64,000 nucleotides of DNA from Octopus vulgaris (Eukaryota), in the NCBI GenBank assembly GCA_951406725.2, contig OX597827.1, positions 34,720,001 to 34,784,000 of the forward strand, in the 5' to 3' direction. The notes under the pieces are model-generated. The model was given only the letters and a program-made list of their open reading frames with translations. It was not told the origin of the DNA and did not search any database. A program made the position numbers and the translations under genes. Positions 1-12,686 of the stretch are shown here, in pieces. The first letter of the stretch is position 1. Every line of letters starts with the position of its first letter.

Positions 1-128
1 TATATATATGTGTGTATATACATGTATATATATGTATATATATGTGTGTATATACATGTATATATATATATATGTATATATATGTGTGTATATATATATA
101 TATGTATATATATGTGTGTATATATATA

Positions 129-181
<53 letters not shown>

Positions 182-226
182 TTATATATATATATGTATA
201 TATATATATTTTTATATATTTATATA

Positions 227-281
<55 letters not shown>

Positions 282-397
282 TTATATATATTTATATATA
301 TATATGTATATATATATATCTATATATATGTATATATATATATATTTATATATATGTATATATATATGTGTGTGTGTGTGTGTTATATATATATATA

Positions 398-441
<44 letters not shown>

Positions 442-876
442 TATATATATACATACATACACATTTACACACATATATGTATATATTCATACACATATAT
501 ACATATATATATATATATATGTATATATGCATAGATATATATATACATACAAATATATATATACACATATATATACAAATATATATACACACACATATAT
601 ATATATACAAACATATATATACATGCGTACATACATAATATATACATATATAATACATACATACATAATACATACATATATCTATATATGCATATATACA
701 TATATGCATACATACGTAATTACATATATATATATACATGCATACTTACATATATATATACATACATACATACAAACACACACATATATATATGTGTCTA
801 TATATTTCCATATTGCACATACAGACACTTTATATATATGTATGTATATTATATATATATATATATATATACTTTT

Positions 877-925
<49 letters not shown>

Positions 926-1105
926 GTATGCATTATATTTATAGATATGTATATATATTTTACATATATGTATATACATATTTTACATATATGTATTATA
1001 TATATGTATACACACTAACACATACATATATTTTTTGTTTTTTTATCTCGCCTCACACACACACATACACACACGCACACGCACACACTCACACATACAC
1101 ACACA
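1..1105. repeat. Compound (TA)n/(TG)n/(CA)n microsatellite
   Basis: Nearly pure dinucleotide sequence; the YIYI/THTH ORFs here are artefacts. Confidence 0.98.
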
Positions 1106-1278
1106 TCTGTTGCGTTACCAACCTTGTCTCCACTCTTTTGCCTTTAAAAACCCACTTTGCTCTCGTTATCGTAAACATCCGCCTTTCACCATGTGTAACT
1201 CCTAAACACCAGTCTTTTTTTTTCTCTATCCCCGTTGCCCGCTCTGGGATCTTTCTTTCCTCTCTCTTCCTTCTTTAT

Positions 1279-1313
1279 GTTTCCGACGAAGAGCTCCGCT
1301 CGAAACGTCATAC
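1279..1313 (+). ncRNA. Minimal type I hammerhead ribozyme-like motif in a Penelope-like tail fragment (~1110-1410)
   Basis: GTTT-CCGACGA-A-GAGC(TCC)GCTC-GAAAC-GTC-ATAC; same motif on the minus strand at 60978-61012. Confidence 0.6.
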
Positions 1314-1422
1314 CTCCCTGCTTCCATTTCCTGAGCGCCTATTAATAATAATACTGTAATTGTTCCATTGTTGTTGTTTTTTTGTTTCCCGTTTGGATTA
1401 AAATTATACATATATATATATA

Positions 1423-2057
1423 CTAGCAGTATTGCCCGGCGTTGCTCGGGTTTGTAAGGGAAATAACTATATAAGCATTTTTAGAGAGTTATAGCCAAAA
1501 AATAGCAAAAAATGCATTAAAAATGGAAAAAATATGATGGTAAATTTTTTTTAAATCGTTGACTCATCGTAGACATTTTTAGAGAGTTACTTCCCTTATA
1601 TAATAGCGAAAAAATGCATTAAAATGGAAAAAAAACGATGGTAAATTTTTTTAAAATCGTAGACTCATGTAGACGCTTTCTTAGCCATTTCTGTTTTGGT
1701 GTCTTCAAGCCATGAAGTCGTTGTTCTAAAAGAACACTGGTCTCCTTGACAACGCATTACGACGTTGATTTCCTTACACTCCCTTCCCCACAGGTGCAGG
1801 TGTGAGCGTGGACGCCAACTCCGCCGCCATCGACACACGAAAAATTATGCATTAAAATGGAATAAAAAATGATGTTAAATTATTTTTAAAATCGTAGACT
1901 CATCGTAGACGCGCGCTAATACTCAGACGGGCTCGATATGAATCACGACTATAAGCTACCCGAATTTGGTTAAACTGCACCGCAAAATGTGGGAGTAGTT
2001 AGGAATCTAAATCGAAGGGGACAGACACTCACACAACTACAGTTTTATATATATAGA
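1423..2057 (-). mobile_element. Non-autonomous Helitron, family A, copy 1
   Basis: Minus strand starts TCTATATATATAAAA and ends with a CCCGAGCAACGCCGGG hairpin followed by CTAG; five related copies in the window. Confidence 0.8.
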
Positions 2058-2124
2058 TATACATAGCGCAGTAGTGGTGAGATGTGACAGCAAAGAAAAG
2101 CATACATTCACTCTCTGCATGCAA

Positions 2125-2470
2125 TTAGACTCGGAAAGTTCGTGAGGAACCCATTGACCCAATTTGCTGACTTTTCCGATAGCACACAGGTCTCAATGAA
2201 TGGTTGAATGACCAAATCCAAGCTTCTCTGCTAGTTCCTCAACAGTTACGATGAGATTTTGTTCCACCAGGGTTTTCAGGATGTCCTTGTCGAGTTCTAC
2301 AGATCTTTCAGGATGAGGCTCGTCTTCTAGGCTGTAGTTTATGGCTCGGGATTTCTGGAACCACCATTGACACTGCCTTACGCTTATTGTCCAATCCCCA
2401 TATACTGCATTAATATTTCTTGTACTTTGCACACATTTATATTCTGTTATTCTTTTATATGTTTCAGCCT
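2125..2470 (-). pseudogene. Mariner transposase N-terminal fragment (copy 1)
   Basis: RNINAVYG...VRQCQWWFQK...SLEDEPHPERS...TVEELAEKLG helix-turn-helix region, followed downstream by GKVSKLGQWVPHELSE (mariner WVPHEL motif). Confidence 0.9.
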
Positions 2471-2725
2471 TGAGGTTGTGGCCATGCTGGATCATGTGTG
2501 TGTGTGTGTGTGTGTGTGTGTCTATCTGTGTGTCTGTATGTATATATGTATATGTATGTGTGTGAACAATAATATTTTCAACAGATGTGTTGCAAATGTA
2601 TCTGATTGTTCTCAAGCTTCAATACTGTGTGTGTGTGTATGTGTGTGTGTGTATGTATGTATGTATATGTATGTATGTATGTATATGTATGTATGTATGT
2701 ATGTGTGTATGTATGTGTGTGTGTA

Positions 2726-2774
<49 letters not shown>

Positions 2775-3260
2775 ATGTATGTATGTATGTATGTATGAGT
2801 GTATGTTTACTTTATTACTAATTACTCTCTTCCAAGAACATTTTCACTCACTCTTAGCTCTTAGCTTCCCATACATTTTACTCATCTATCTATCAGCGTC
2901 ATAGACAGAATACTTTCACTTTAGTCTTCCTCAAATCACTGTCGCTATTTACTTTCATTTTATTCGTTGCCCACTCTGTGTGTGCGTTTGCGTGTGGTGT
3001 AAACCAGACTAAGAAAAGCATTTGACACACACACCAGAATGTGAGTTTTCTGTAAATTTTGCTTAATTGGAGTTTAAATTTTAAAAACTGGACCTGGCAT
3101 GACGCGATGCATTGTACTCTTAAAAATGCCAAGTAAATTGTAATTGAAGAAATCCTATATCGTAGATTTGTATAACTCCCAAAGGGAGGCAGATAAAATC
3201 TGCCTTTTATAATAAGAGATATATATATATATATGTATGTATATACATATATGCACATAT

Positions 3261-3299
<39 letters not shown>

Positions 3300-3302
<3 letters not shown>

Positions 3303-3935
3303 CAGTATCGCCCGGCGTTGCTCGGGTTTGTAAGGGAAATAACTATATAAGCATTTTTAGAGAGTTATAGCCAAAAAATAGCAAAAAATGCATTAAAAAT
3401 GGAAAAAATATGATGGTAATTTTTTTTAAAAATCGTTGACTCATCGTAGACATTTTTAGAGAGTTACTTCCCTTATATAATAGCGAAAAAATGCATTAAA
3501 ATGGAAAAAAAACGATGGTAAATTTTTTTTTAAATCGTAGACTCATGTAGACGCTTTCTTAGCCATTTCTGTTTTGGTGTCTTCAAGCCATGAAGTCGTT
3601 GTTCTAAAAGAACACTGGTCTCCTTGACAACGCATTACGACGTTGGTTTCCTTACACTCCCTTCCCCACAGGTGCAGGTGTGAGCGTGGACGCCAACTCC
3701 GCCGCCATCGACACACGAAAAATTATGCATTAAAATGGAATAAAAAATGATGTTAAATTATTTTTAAAATCGTAGACTCATCGTAGACGCGCGCTAATAT
3801 TCAGACGGGCTCGATATGAATCACGACTACAAGCTACCCGAATTTGGTTAAACTGTACCGCAAAATGTGGGAGTAGTTAGGAATCTAAATCGAAGGGGAC
3901 AGACACTCACACAACTACAGTTTTATATATATAGA
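3300..3935 (-). mobile_element. Non-autonomous Helitron, family A, copy 2
   Basis: Near-identical to 1423-2057; terminal CTAG eroded into the (TA)n tract. Confidence 0.8.
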
Positions 3936-4002
3936 TATACATAGCGCAGTAGTGGTGAGATATGACAGCAAAGAAAAGCATACATTCACTCTCTGCATGC
4001 AA

Positions 4003-4345
4003 TTAGACTCGGAAAGTTCGTGAGGAACCCATTGACCCAATTTGCTGACTTTTCCGATAGCACACAGGTGTCAATGAATGGTTGAATGACCAAATCCAAG
4101 CTTCTCTGCTAGTTCCTCAACAGTTACGATGAGATTTTGTTCCACCAGGGTTTTCAGGATGTCCTTGTCGAGTTCTACAGATCTTTCAGGATGAGGCTCG
4201 TCTTCTAGGCTGTAGTTTATGGCTCGGGATTTCTGGAACCACCATTGACACTGCCTTACGCTTATTGTCCAATCCCCATATACTGCATTAATATTTCTTG
4301 TACTTTGCACACATTTATATTCTGTTATTCTTTTATATGTTTCAG
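4003..4345 (-). pseudogene. Mariner transposase N-terminal fragment (copy 2)
   Basis: Same peptide as 2125-2470. Confidence 0.9.
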
Positions 4346-5122
4346 CCTTGAGGTTGTGGCCATGCTGGATCATGTGTGTGTGTGTGTGTGTGTGTGTCTA
4401 TCTGTCTGTCTGTATGTATGTATATATGTATGTGTGTGAACAATAATAGTTTCAACAGATGTGTTGCAAATGTATCTGATTGTTCTCAAGCTTCAATACT
4501 GTGTGTGTGTGTATGTGTGTGTGTGTATGTATGTATGTATGTATATGTATGTATGTATGTATGTATATGTATGTATGTGTGTGTGTATGTATGTGTGTGT
4601 GTATGTGTGTGTGTGTATGTATGTATGTATGTATGTATGTATGTATGTATGTATGTATGTATGTATGTATGTATGAGTGTATGTTTACTTTATTACTAAT
4701 TACTCTCTTCCAAGAACATTTTCACTCACTCTTAGCTCTTAGCTTCCCATACATTTTACTCATGTATCTATCATCGTCATAGACAGAATACTTTCACTTT
4801 AGTCTTCCTCAAATCACTCTGTCCGCTATTTACTTTCATTTTATTCGTTGCCCACTGTGTGTGTGCGTTTGCGTGTGGTGTAAACCAGACTAAGAAAAGC
4901 ATTTGACACACACACCAGAATGTGAGTTTTCTGTAAATTTTGCTTAATTGGAGTTTAAATTTTAAAAACTGGACCTGGCATGACGCGATGCATTGTACTC
5001 TTAAAAATGCCAGGTAAATTGTAATTGAAGAAATCCTATATTGTAGATTTGTATAACTCCCAAAGGGAGGCAGATAAAATCTGCCTTTTATAATAAGAGA
5101 TATATATGTATATATATATGTA

Positions 5123-5758
5123 CTAGCAGTATCGCCCGGCGTTGCTCGGGTTTGTAAGGGAAATAACTATATAAGCATTTTTAGAGAGTTATAGCCAAAA
5201 AATAGCAAAAAATGCATTAAAAATGGAAAAAATATGATGGTAAATTTTTTTTAAATCGTTGACTCATCGTAGACATTTTTAGAGAGTTACTTCCCTTATA
5301 TAATAGCGAAAAAATGCATTAAAATGGAAAAAAAACGATGGTAAATTTTTTTTTAAATCGTAGACTCATGTAGACGCTTTCTTAGCCATTTCTGTTTTGG
5401 TGTCTTCAAGCCATGAAGTCGTTGTTCTAAAAGAACACTGGTCTCCTTGACAACGCATTACGACGTTGATTTCCTTACACTCCCTTCCCCACAGGTGCAG
5501 GTGTGAGCGTGGACGCCAACTCCGCCGCCATCGACACACGAAAAATTATGCATTAAAATGGAATAAAAAATGATGTTAAATTATTTTTAAAATCGTAGAC
5601 TCATCGTAGACGCGCGCTAATATTCAGACGGGCTCGATATGAATCACGACTATAAGCTACCCGAATTTGGTTAAACTGTACCGCAAAATGTGGGAGTAGT
5701 TAGGAATCTAAATCGAAGGGGACAGACACTCACACAACTACAGTTTTATATATATAGA
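5123..5758 (-). mobile_element. Non-autonomous Helitron, family A, copy 3
   Basis: Near-identical to 1423-2057. Confidence 0.8.
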
Positions 5759-5825
5759 TATACATAGCGCAGTAGTGGTGAGATATGACAGCAAAGAAAA
5801 GCATACATTCACTCTCTGCATGCAA

Positions 5826-6170
5826 TTAGACTCGGAAAGTTCATGAGGAACCCATTGACCCAATTTGCTGACTTTTCCGATAGCACACAGGTGTCAATGA
5901 ATGGTTGAATGACCAAATCCAAGCTTCTCTGCTAGTTCCTCAACAGTTACGATGATATTTTGTTCCACCAGGGTTTTCAGGATGTCCTTGTCGAGTTCTA
6001 CAGATCTTTCCGGATGAGGCTCGTCTTCTAGGCTGTAGTTTATGGCTCGGGATTTCTGGAACCACCATTGACACTGCCTTACGCTTATTGTCCAATCCCC
6101 ATATACTGCATTAATATTTCTTGTACTTTGCACACATTTATATTCTGTTATTCTTTTATATGTTTCAGCC
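5826..6170 (-). pseudogene. Mariner transposase N-terminal fragment (copy 3)
   Basis: Same peptide as 2125-2470 with an L>I change. Confidence 0.9.
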
Positions 6171-6444
6171 TTGAGGTTGTGGCCATGCTGGATCATGTGT
6201 GTGTGTGTGTGTGTGTGTGTCTATCTGTCTGTCTGTCTGTATGTATATATGTATATGTATGTGTGTGAACAATAATATTTTCAACAGATGTGTTGCAAAT
6301 GTATCTGATTGTTCTCAAGCTTCAATACTGTGTGTGTGTGTATGTGTGTGTGTGTATGTATGTATGTATATGTATGTATGTATATGTATGTATGTATGTA
6401 TGTGTGTATGTATGTATGTGTGTGTGTATGTATGTGTGTGTGTA

Positions 6445-6479
<35 letters not shown>

Positions 6480-6930
6480 ATGTATGTATGTATGTATGTA
6501 TGTATGAGTGTATGTTTACTTTATTACTAATTACTCTCTTCCAAGAACATTTTCACTCACTCTTAGCTCTTAGCTTCCCATACATTTTACTCATATATCT
6601 ATCAGCGTCATAGACAGAATACTTTCACTTTAGTCTTCCTCAAATCACTCTGTCGCTATTTACTTTCATTTTATTCGTTGCCCACTGTGTGTGTGCGTTT
6701 GCGTGTGGTGTAAACCAGACTAAGAAAAGCATTTGACACACACACCAGAATGTGAGTTTTCTGTAAATTTTGCTTAATTGGAGTTTAAATTTTAAAAACT
6801 GGACCTGGCATGACGCGATGCATTGTACTCTCAAAAATGCCAGGTAAATTGTAATTGAAGAAATCCTATATTGTAGATTTGTATAACTCCCAAAGGGAGG
6901 CAGATAAAATCTGCCTTTTATAATAAGAGA

Positions 6931-7384
<454 letters not shown>

Positions 7385-7449
7385 ACATTGACAGAATGAG
7401 ATAAAAATCCAAGGCTGTGAAAGATTTTAGAACATTCATAAAGAGAAAG

Positions 7450-7495
7450 TCTTACAGCTATTTCTGTGATATTTTATATATCCTTTCATTGGAGA
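7450..7495 (-). ncRNA. Degenerate hammerhead-like motif
   Basis: Minus strand: TCT-CCAATGA-AAG-GATAT(ATAAA)ATATC-ACA-GAAAT-AGCT-GTA-AGA; helix I TCT/AGA, near-palindromic helix III, mutated core. Confidence 0.4.
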
Positions 7496-7954
7496 TGATG
7501 CGAGAAAATCAAAAAGCAATACCTATTCTAGATAAGATATGAAATAGAGAGTGAAGTGGAGGAATGAAAATGGGTGTGAGATAAGCAGGGATATTGTATC
7601 TCCTCATTCGCATAATCACCGAATCTGGAGCTTAATTATAGTCTGTCCATAGCACTTATTCAGCATTACCTGACACCTTTGGGTCTTCTTGATACCGTTA
7701 CCTCTCCTAACCTATATATATATATATACATATATATCAATATAATATCAATAGAATGAGTATTAAGCTTGTTCGACTAAAGGCGGTGCTCCAGCATGGC
7801 AGCAGTCAAATGCCTGAAACAAGTAAAAGAATAAATGAATATTTCATATACATGCATACATACACACACACACATACACACACAGAGGTATACATACAAA
7901 CACGCACACACAATGTGTCCATATATACAGAGACTCACATATACATATATATAT

Positions 7955-8170
7955 TCTTTTACTTGTTTCAGTAATTTCAGTGTGGCCGTGCTGGAGTACC
8001 GCCTTAAAGGTTCTTTTAGTCAAAGAAATCGACCCCAGGACGTCTTCCTTTTAAGCCTAGTACTTATCCTATTGGTCTCTTTTGCTGAACCAATAAGTTG
8101 TGGGACATAAACACACCAGCATCAGTTGTCAAGCAAAGGTGGCTGGACAAACACAGATACAAAGTCACAC
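7955..8170 (-). mobile_element. SINE family B, 3' half
   Basis: Reverse complement of the SINE tail seen at 62780-62960. Confidence 0.85.
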
Positions 8171-8187
8171 ACATTTATATATATAAA

Positions 8188-8699
8188 CTAGCAGTATCGC
8201 CCGGCGTTGCTCGGGTTTGTAAGGGAAATAACTATATAAGCATTTTTAGAGAGTTACTTCCCTTATAGATGCCAATTCGGGCTTTCTTAGCCATTTCTGT
8301 TTTGGTGTCTTCAAGCCATGAAGTCGATGTTCTAAAAGAACGCTGGTCTCCTTGACAACGCTTTACGACGTTGATTTCCTTACACTCCCTTCCCCACAGC
8401 TTCACGAGGGAGGGAAGAAGGGGAGAAGCAAACAGGTGCAGGTGTGACCATGGACGCCAACTCCGCCGCCATCGACACACGAAAAATTATGCATTAAAAT
8501 GGAATAAAAAATGATGTTAAATTATTTTAAAAATCGTAGACTCATTATAGACGCGCGCTAATACTCAGACGGGCTCGATATGAATCACGACTATAAGATA
8601 CCCGAATTTGGTTAAACTGCACCGCAAAATGTGGGAGTAGTTAGGAATCTAAATCGAAGGGGACAGACACTCACACAACTACAGTTTTATATATATAGA
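8188..8699 (-). mobile_element. Non-autonomous Helitron, family A, copy 4 (internal variant)
   Basis: Same termini as copy 1 with different internal segments. Confidence 0.8.
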
Positions 8700-8703
8700 T
8701 ATA

Positions 8704-10849
8704 TCTATTATATAAAAGTCATTGTCTGTGTGTTCGTGTGCTATTTATAGACTCGAAAATTACTGGACTGATCCTAATGAAATTTGGAACACAGATCCAA
8801 GCCTAGGGGGAAGGGTAATGCCGTATGTTTCATACAATTTTGAAGGGGCAGAAAGGGGTAAGAACCCACCATGAATTCGGAGTTTTATGAAATTTGAACC
8901 ATAGGTATTAGAAATAAATAAAAAAATATATCCAAAATGTCCATTTCTTTGGATGATTCTTAGACCTCCTAATTTTAGTCATTTTTCATGGATCAAAATT
9001 ACAGAATGGATCCTTATGATATTTGGAACTTAAATTCAATGCAAAATGGCAGGTATAATGCAGTATGTTGAGTTTGAATTTGAGGAGAACCCCCACCCCA
9101 TAAAAATTCATAAATTTCCAATGTTGAAATTTCAGCCATAGGTTACTGACACAAATCAAGGAGTATTCCCAAAGTTTTCACTTCTCATGAGGATTCTAAG
9201 ACCCCCCCATATTCTAAGACTCCCATATTTTAGTAATTTTTTTATGATCCAAAACAAGATAAAAAGTACTGAATGGATCTTCATGAAATTTAGAAATTAT
9301 ATTCTATGCATAAGGACAGATGTAATGCAGCATATGTTTGAAAGTGAGGGGGCATAATTAAGGCCATAACCCCCATGAAAATTCATATATTTTTGCTGTT
9401 GATGAAATTTTAACCATAGATATAAGACACAAATGAAGTAATATTCTTAAAGTTTAAACTTCATTGGAGGTTTGTAAGACACCTTAATGGGGGCTTAACC
9501 CCCACAATTTAGTCATTTTTTCCTAAGTCAAGACAAATAGAATTGTCGTCTTGGAAGCTGTAGAGTCACCTGAGGATACAAGATGAACGTTATTTGTAAT
9601 TCAATGGTACAACAGTGTAAGAGTTTGCTTTGAGATATACTTAGATTGTGATTTCTGCAAGGTGGTGCATAAATTGTGAAGTAAAGGAGAGGCATCTTTG
9701 TCTCCACTGATTCAGTTGCAAAGTGTTATTTTGAGTAAAATTATTTGGTTGCAACCTCCTTTGAGTCTTTATTATCACTTGGTTAGAGATAGTCCCCAGA
9801 TGGTACCTATTTCTTTACTATCCACAAGGGGCTAAACACAGAGGGGACAAACAAGGACAGACACATGGATTAAGTTGATTACATCGACCCCAGTGCGTAA
9901 CTGGTACTTATTTAATTGACCCCGAAAGGATGAAAGGCAAAGTCGGCCTCGGCGGAATTTGAACTCAGAATGTAGCGGCAGACGAAATACTGCTAGCATT
10001 TCACCCGGCATGCTAACGTTTCTACCAGCTTGCCCCAGATGGTACCATTGATTCCAAGGCCTTTCCAGATAAGTGATTGCTCATTCAAAGAGATTTATTG
10101 GTTGCAAATTTATTCTGTTCAGTTACCTATCGGCATAGTGATCATTGGTAAACTCCAGAGGTGACACTTTCATTTCCCCTTAGCCCTCACGTCACACAGT
10201 TGTTAAAGTTTATTTGAGTTGGGTCACACTCTTCCAATTTCACTGGATCCGTAATGCATCTTGCGGCTGTGCTGGTTACCTGTATGGTGAGGAATCCAAC
10301 ATTGAGGAGTGGTAACAACTAGGGTAGGGTAGCTGACTGCTTATTGTGATCATTCATATTTTGGTTTCCTCTAGCTTTGCTCTCTTTTACAAACCCAATG
10401 AACATTCATATATTTCTGATTTCAAATAAATTTGAACAATAGATATGAGACACAAATTAAAAAAAGATTCTCAACAATTCAACTTCTCTGGTTGACTTTA
10501 AGACCCCATAATAGGGACCTTAACATCAACTTCTCTAGTTGACTTTAAGACTCCCTAATAGGGGCCTTAACTCCCACATTTTAGTGCCTCAAGTGCTCCA
10601 TTTTTAAGGAGCAAAATCCTTTGGGTTTTATAAGATTTAGATTTTGGAATCTGGGCATAAAGATAAGTAGTGAGATAAATATGTCATGATAAAAAATTTT
10701 GGTAGGGTGAGTAAAGAGGGAAAGAACATCCATTAAAATTCTTAATCTCCAATTTTGATGAAATTTGAATCATAGGTATTCCAGTTCATTAGATTAAACT
10801 ATAAAAGAAAAGTCTATTTCTTCAAATCCATATGACTGGTATCTCTGCT

Positions 10850-10850
<1 letters not shown>
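8704..10850 (+). mobile_element. Helitron-like non-autonomous element, family B
   Basis: Starts TCTATTATATAAAAG; colinear with 47900-50062, which ends in a hairpin plus CTAG; 3' end degraded in this copy. Confidence 0.65.
9808..10032 (-). mobile_element. tRNA-derived SINE family A with 14-bp TSD
   Basis: TSD CCCCAGATGGTACC at 9794-9807 and 10033-10046; B-box GTTCAAATT on the minus strand; empty site in the paralogous element at ~49310. Confidence 0.92.
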
Positions 10851-10899
<49 letters not shown>

Positions 10900-10986
10900 T
10901 TTATTTTACCTTTCTTATGGAAAGCGTATTCATTTCACATGTCTAGATAATTTACTTTATATATTATTATTTATGGTACATACGTG

Positions 10987-11042
<56 letters not shown>

Positions 11043-11086
11043 TATATACATACATACATACATACATGTGAGTGTGTGTGTATATG

Positions 11087-11117
<31 letters not shown>

Positions 11118-11206
11118 GTATGTGTGTGAGTGTATATATTGATATATACGTATATTTAGATATATATGTACATATATATATATATATATATCTGTTTATA
11201 GATATA

Positions 11207-11257
<51 letters not shown>

Positions 11258-12467
11258 ATATGTATATATGTATATGTATATATATATATCTATCTATCTA
11301 TATATATATAGATATGTGTGTGTATGTGTTTTTATATATGCATATATCATATCTATATAAGGGAGGATGTGTGTGTGTGTGTACATGATTGTAATTTATG
11401 CACATCCACAAATTAGCACGCATGTTGCTCAAATTTTTGGAGAACATTTGTCAACTCCCTATCTGGGTTTTATCAACTTATTTTTACCCCAAGGCACCCG
11501 TGGTTAGCATAAATATCTATTTTCAGACATAGCTTTTAGCCACGAAAAATATCATCCTTAGCTTTTTTGCCAGCGTCTAACAAAAAAAAAATAAGATAAA
11601 GAAAAGTGGAAGAAGGAGGCAGAGAGTTTCAGGGGAAAGACAAAGTGAGAGGGGGAGAGAGAGAGAGAGTAAGTTATGACGTTCATAAAAAATAAAATGT
11701 AAAATGTTTTGTTTTTTTGTTTTTGAAAGGCACACTATATTTTATCATCATCATTTATCATCCGCTTTCAATGCTAGCATGGGTTGGACGGTTCAACTGG
11801 GGTCTGTGAAGCCAGAAGGCTGCATCAGGCCCAGTCTGATCTGGCAGTGTTTCTACGGCTGGATGCCCTTCCTAACAATCATAGTATATATACTTTCTCA
11901 CACAACAATTACAATATATTTATTTTAAATCGTTCATCTTTCTCCTCCCCTCTCTCTCTCACACACATTACTTTGGGTGCAAAAGAGTTTTGTTTTTAGT
12001 TTTACACAGAGTAAAAAAGTGTTTTGTTAACAATCCATTTATTTAACAACAAAGAAACAAAGAGGTGAGTAACAATTTGTCAGCGAATTACACAATATAA
12101 ATGGGTACAATTTGCGAAGCTTCCACCACACCCCACTCCGTTTCACGAACCACAAAAAGGGTTTTGAGGCCAGAGTAGTTGATTCCACGCAAAAAAACCT
12201 GATTTTTTTCTTAGTGAAAATCGTGTGAGTGTTAATCTACAAATTTAATAACATTTTTTCCATTCATTTCTGTTTATGAACATGTATGCGTGCACAAAAC
12301 ATGCAATAGGTGTACGTACGTACGTGTGTGTATGTGTGTTCGTGTCTGTTGCCCATATATATTTATATTATATTATATATATATATATATAATATATAGA
12401 CACATTTTCTGTGCCCTTTAGGTATTTGCAAAGGGAAGCCATCCCTTCCTCATAAGCCTTAGTGATA

Positions 12468-12513
12468 CGCACCGGACCGCGGTTTCGAGATTATTGTCTC
12501 TTATCAACGGGCG
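12468..12513 (-). ncRNA. Type I hammerhead ribozyme motif (U3-A8 variant)
   Basis: CGCCCG-TTGATAA-GAGA(CAATAA)TCTC-GAAAC-CGCG-GTC-CGGTGCG; three helices, palindromic helix III (ACCGCGGT), GUC cleavage triplet. Confidence 0.75.
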
Positions 12514-12640
12514 GTAACCACCAGGTCACGATGGAAGGCAAGGCTTACTTTGCAATTCGAAATCAGTGGCAGACGTCACTAGAAAAACTCTTATATATTT
12601 GCAAAGCAAGCCTTGCCTTCCATCGTGACCTGGTGGTTAC

Positions 12641-12686
12641 CGCCCGTTGATAAGAGACAATAATCTCGAAACCGCAGTCCAGTGCG
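12641..12686 (+). ncRNA. Type I hammerhead motif, second arm (two G>A changes)
   Basis: CGCCCG-TTGATAA-GAGA(CAATAA)TCTC-GAAAC-CGCA-GTC-CAGTGCG. Confidence 0.65.

Larger units (their letters stand above)
1423..6930. repeat. Tandem triplication of a ~1.8 kb unit (1423-3219, 3300-5100, 5123-6930)
   Basis: Three nearly identical blocks (Helitron A + mariner fragment + microsatellite + Helitron-like 5' end) separated by (TA)n, with scattered SNPs. Confidence 0.97.

Noticed and set aside
8-1359. Long [12 protein letters not shown] ORFs here and throughout the window
   Set aside because: Translations of stop-free dinucleotide microsatellites, not proteins
2193-2615. SETMAR-like host gene
   Set aside because: Only a truncated mariner HTH fused to (CA)n; no SET domain or catalytic region
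1423-6930. CRISPR-like or functional gene array
   Set aside because: Units are ~1.8 kb transposon composites with no repeat-spacer structure, in eukaryotic DNA
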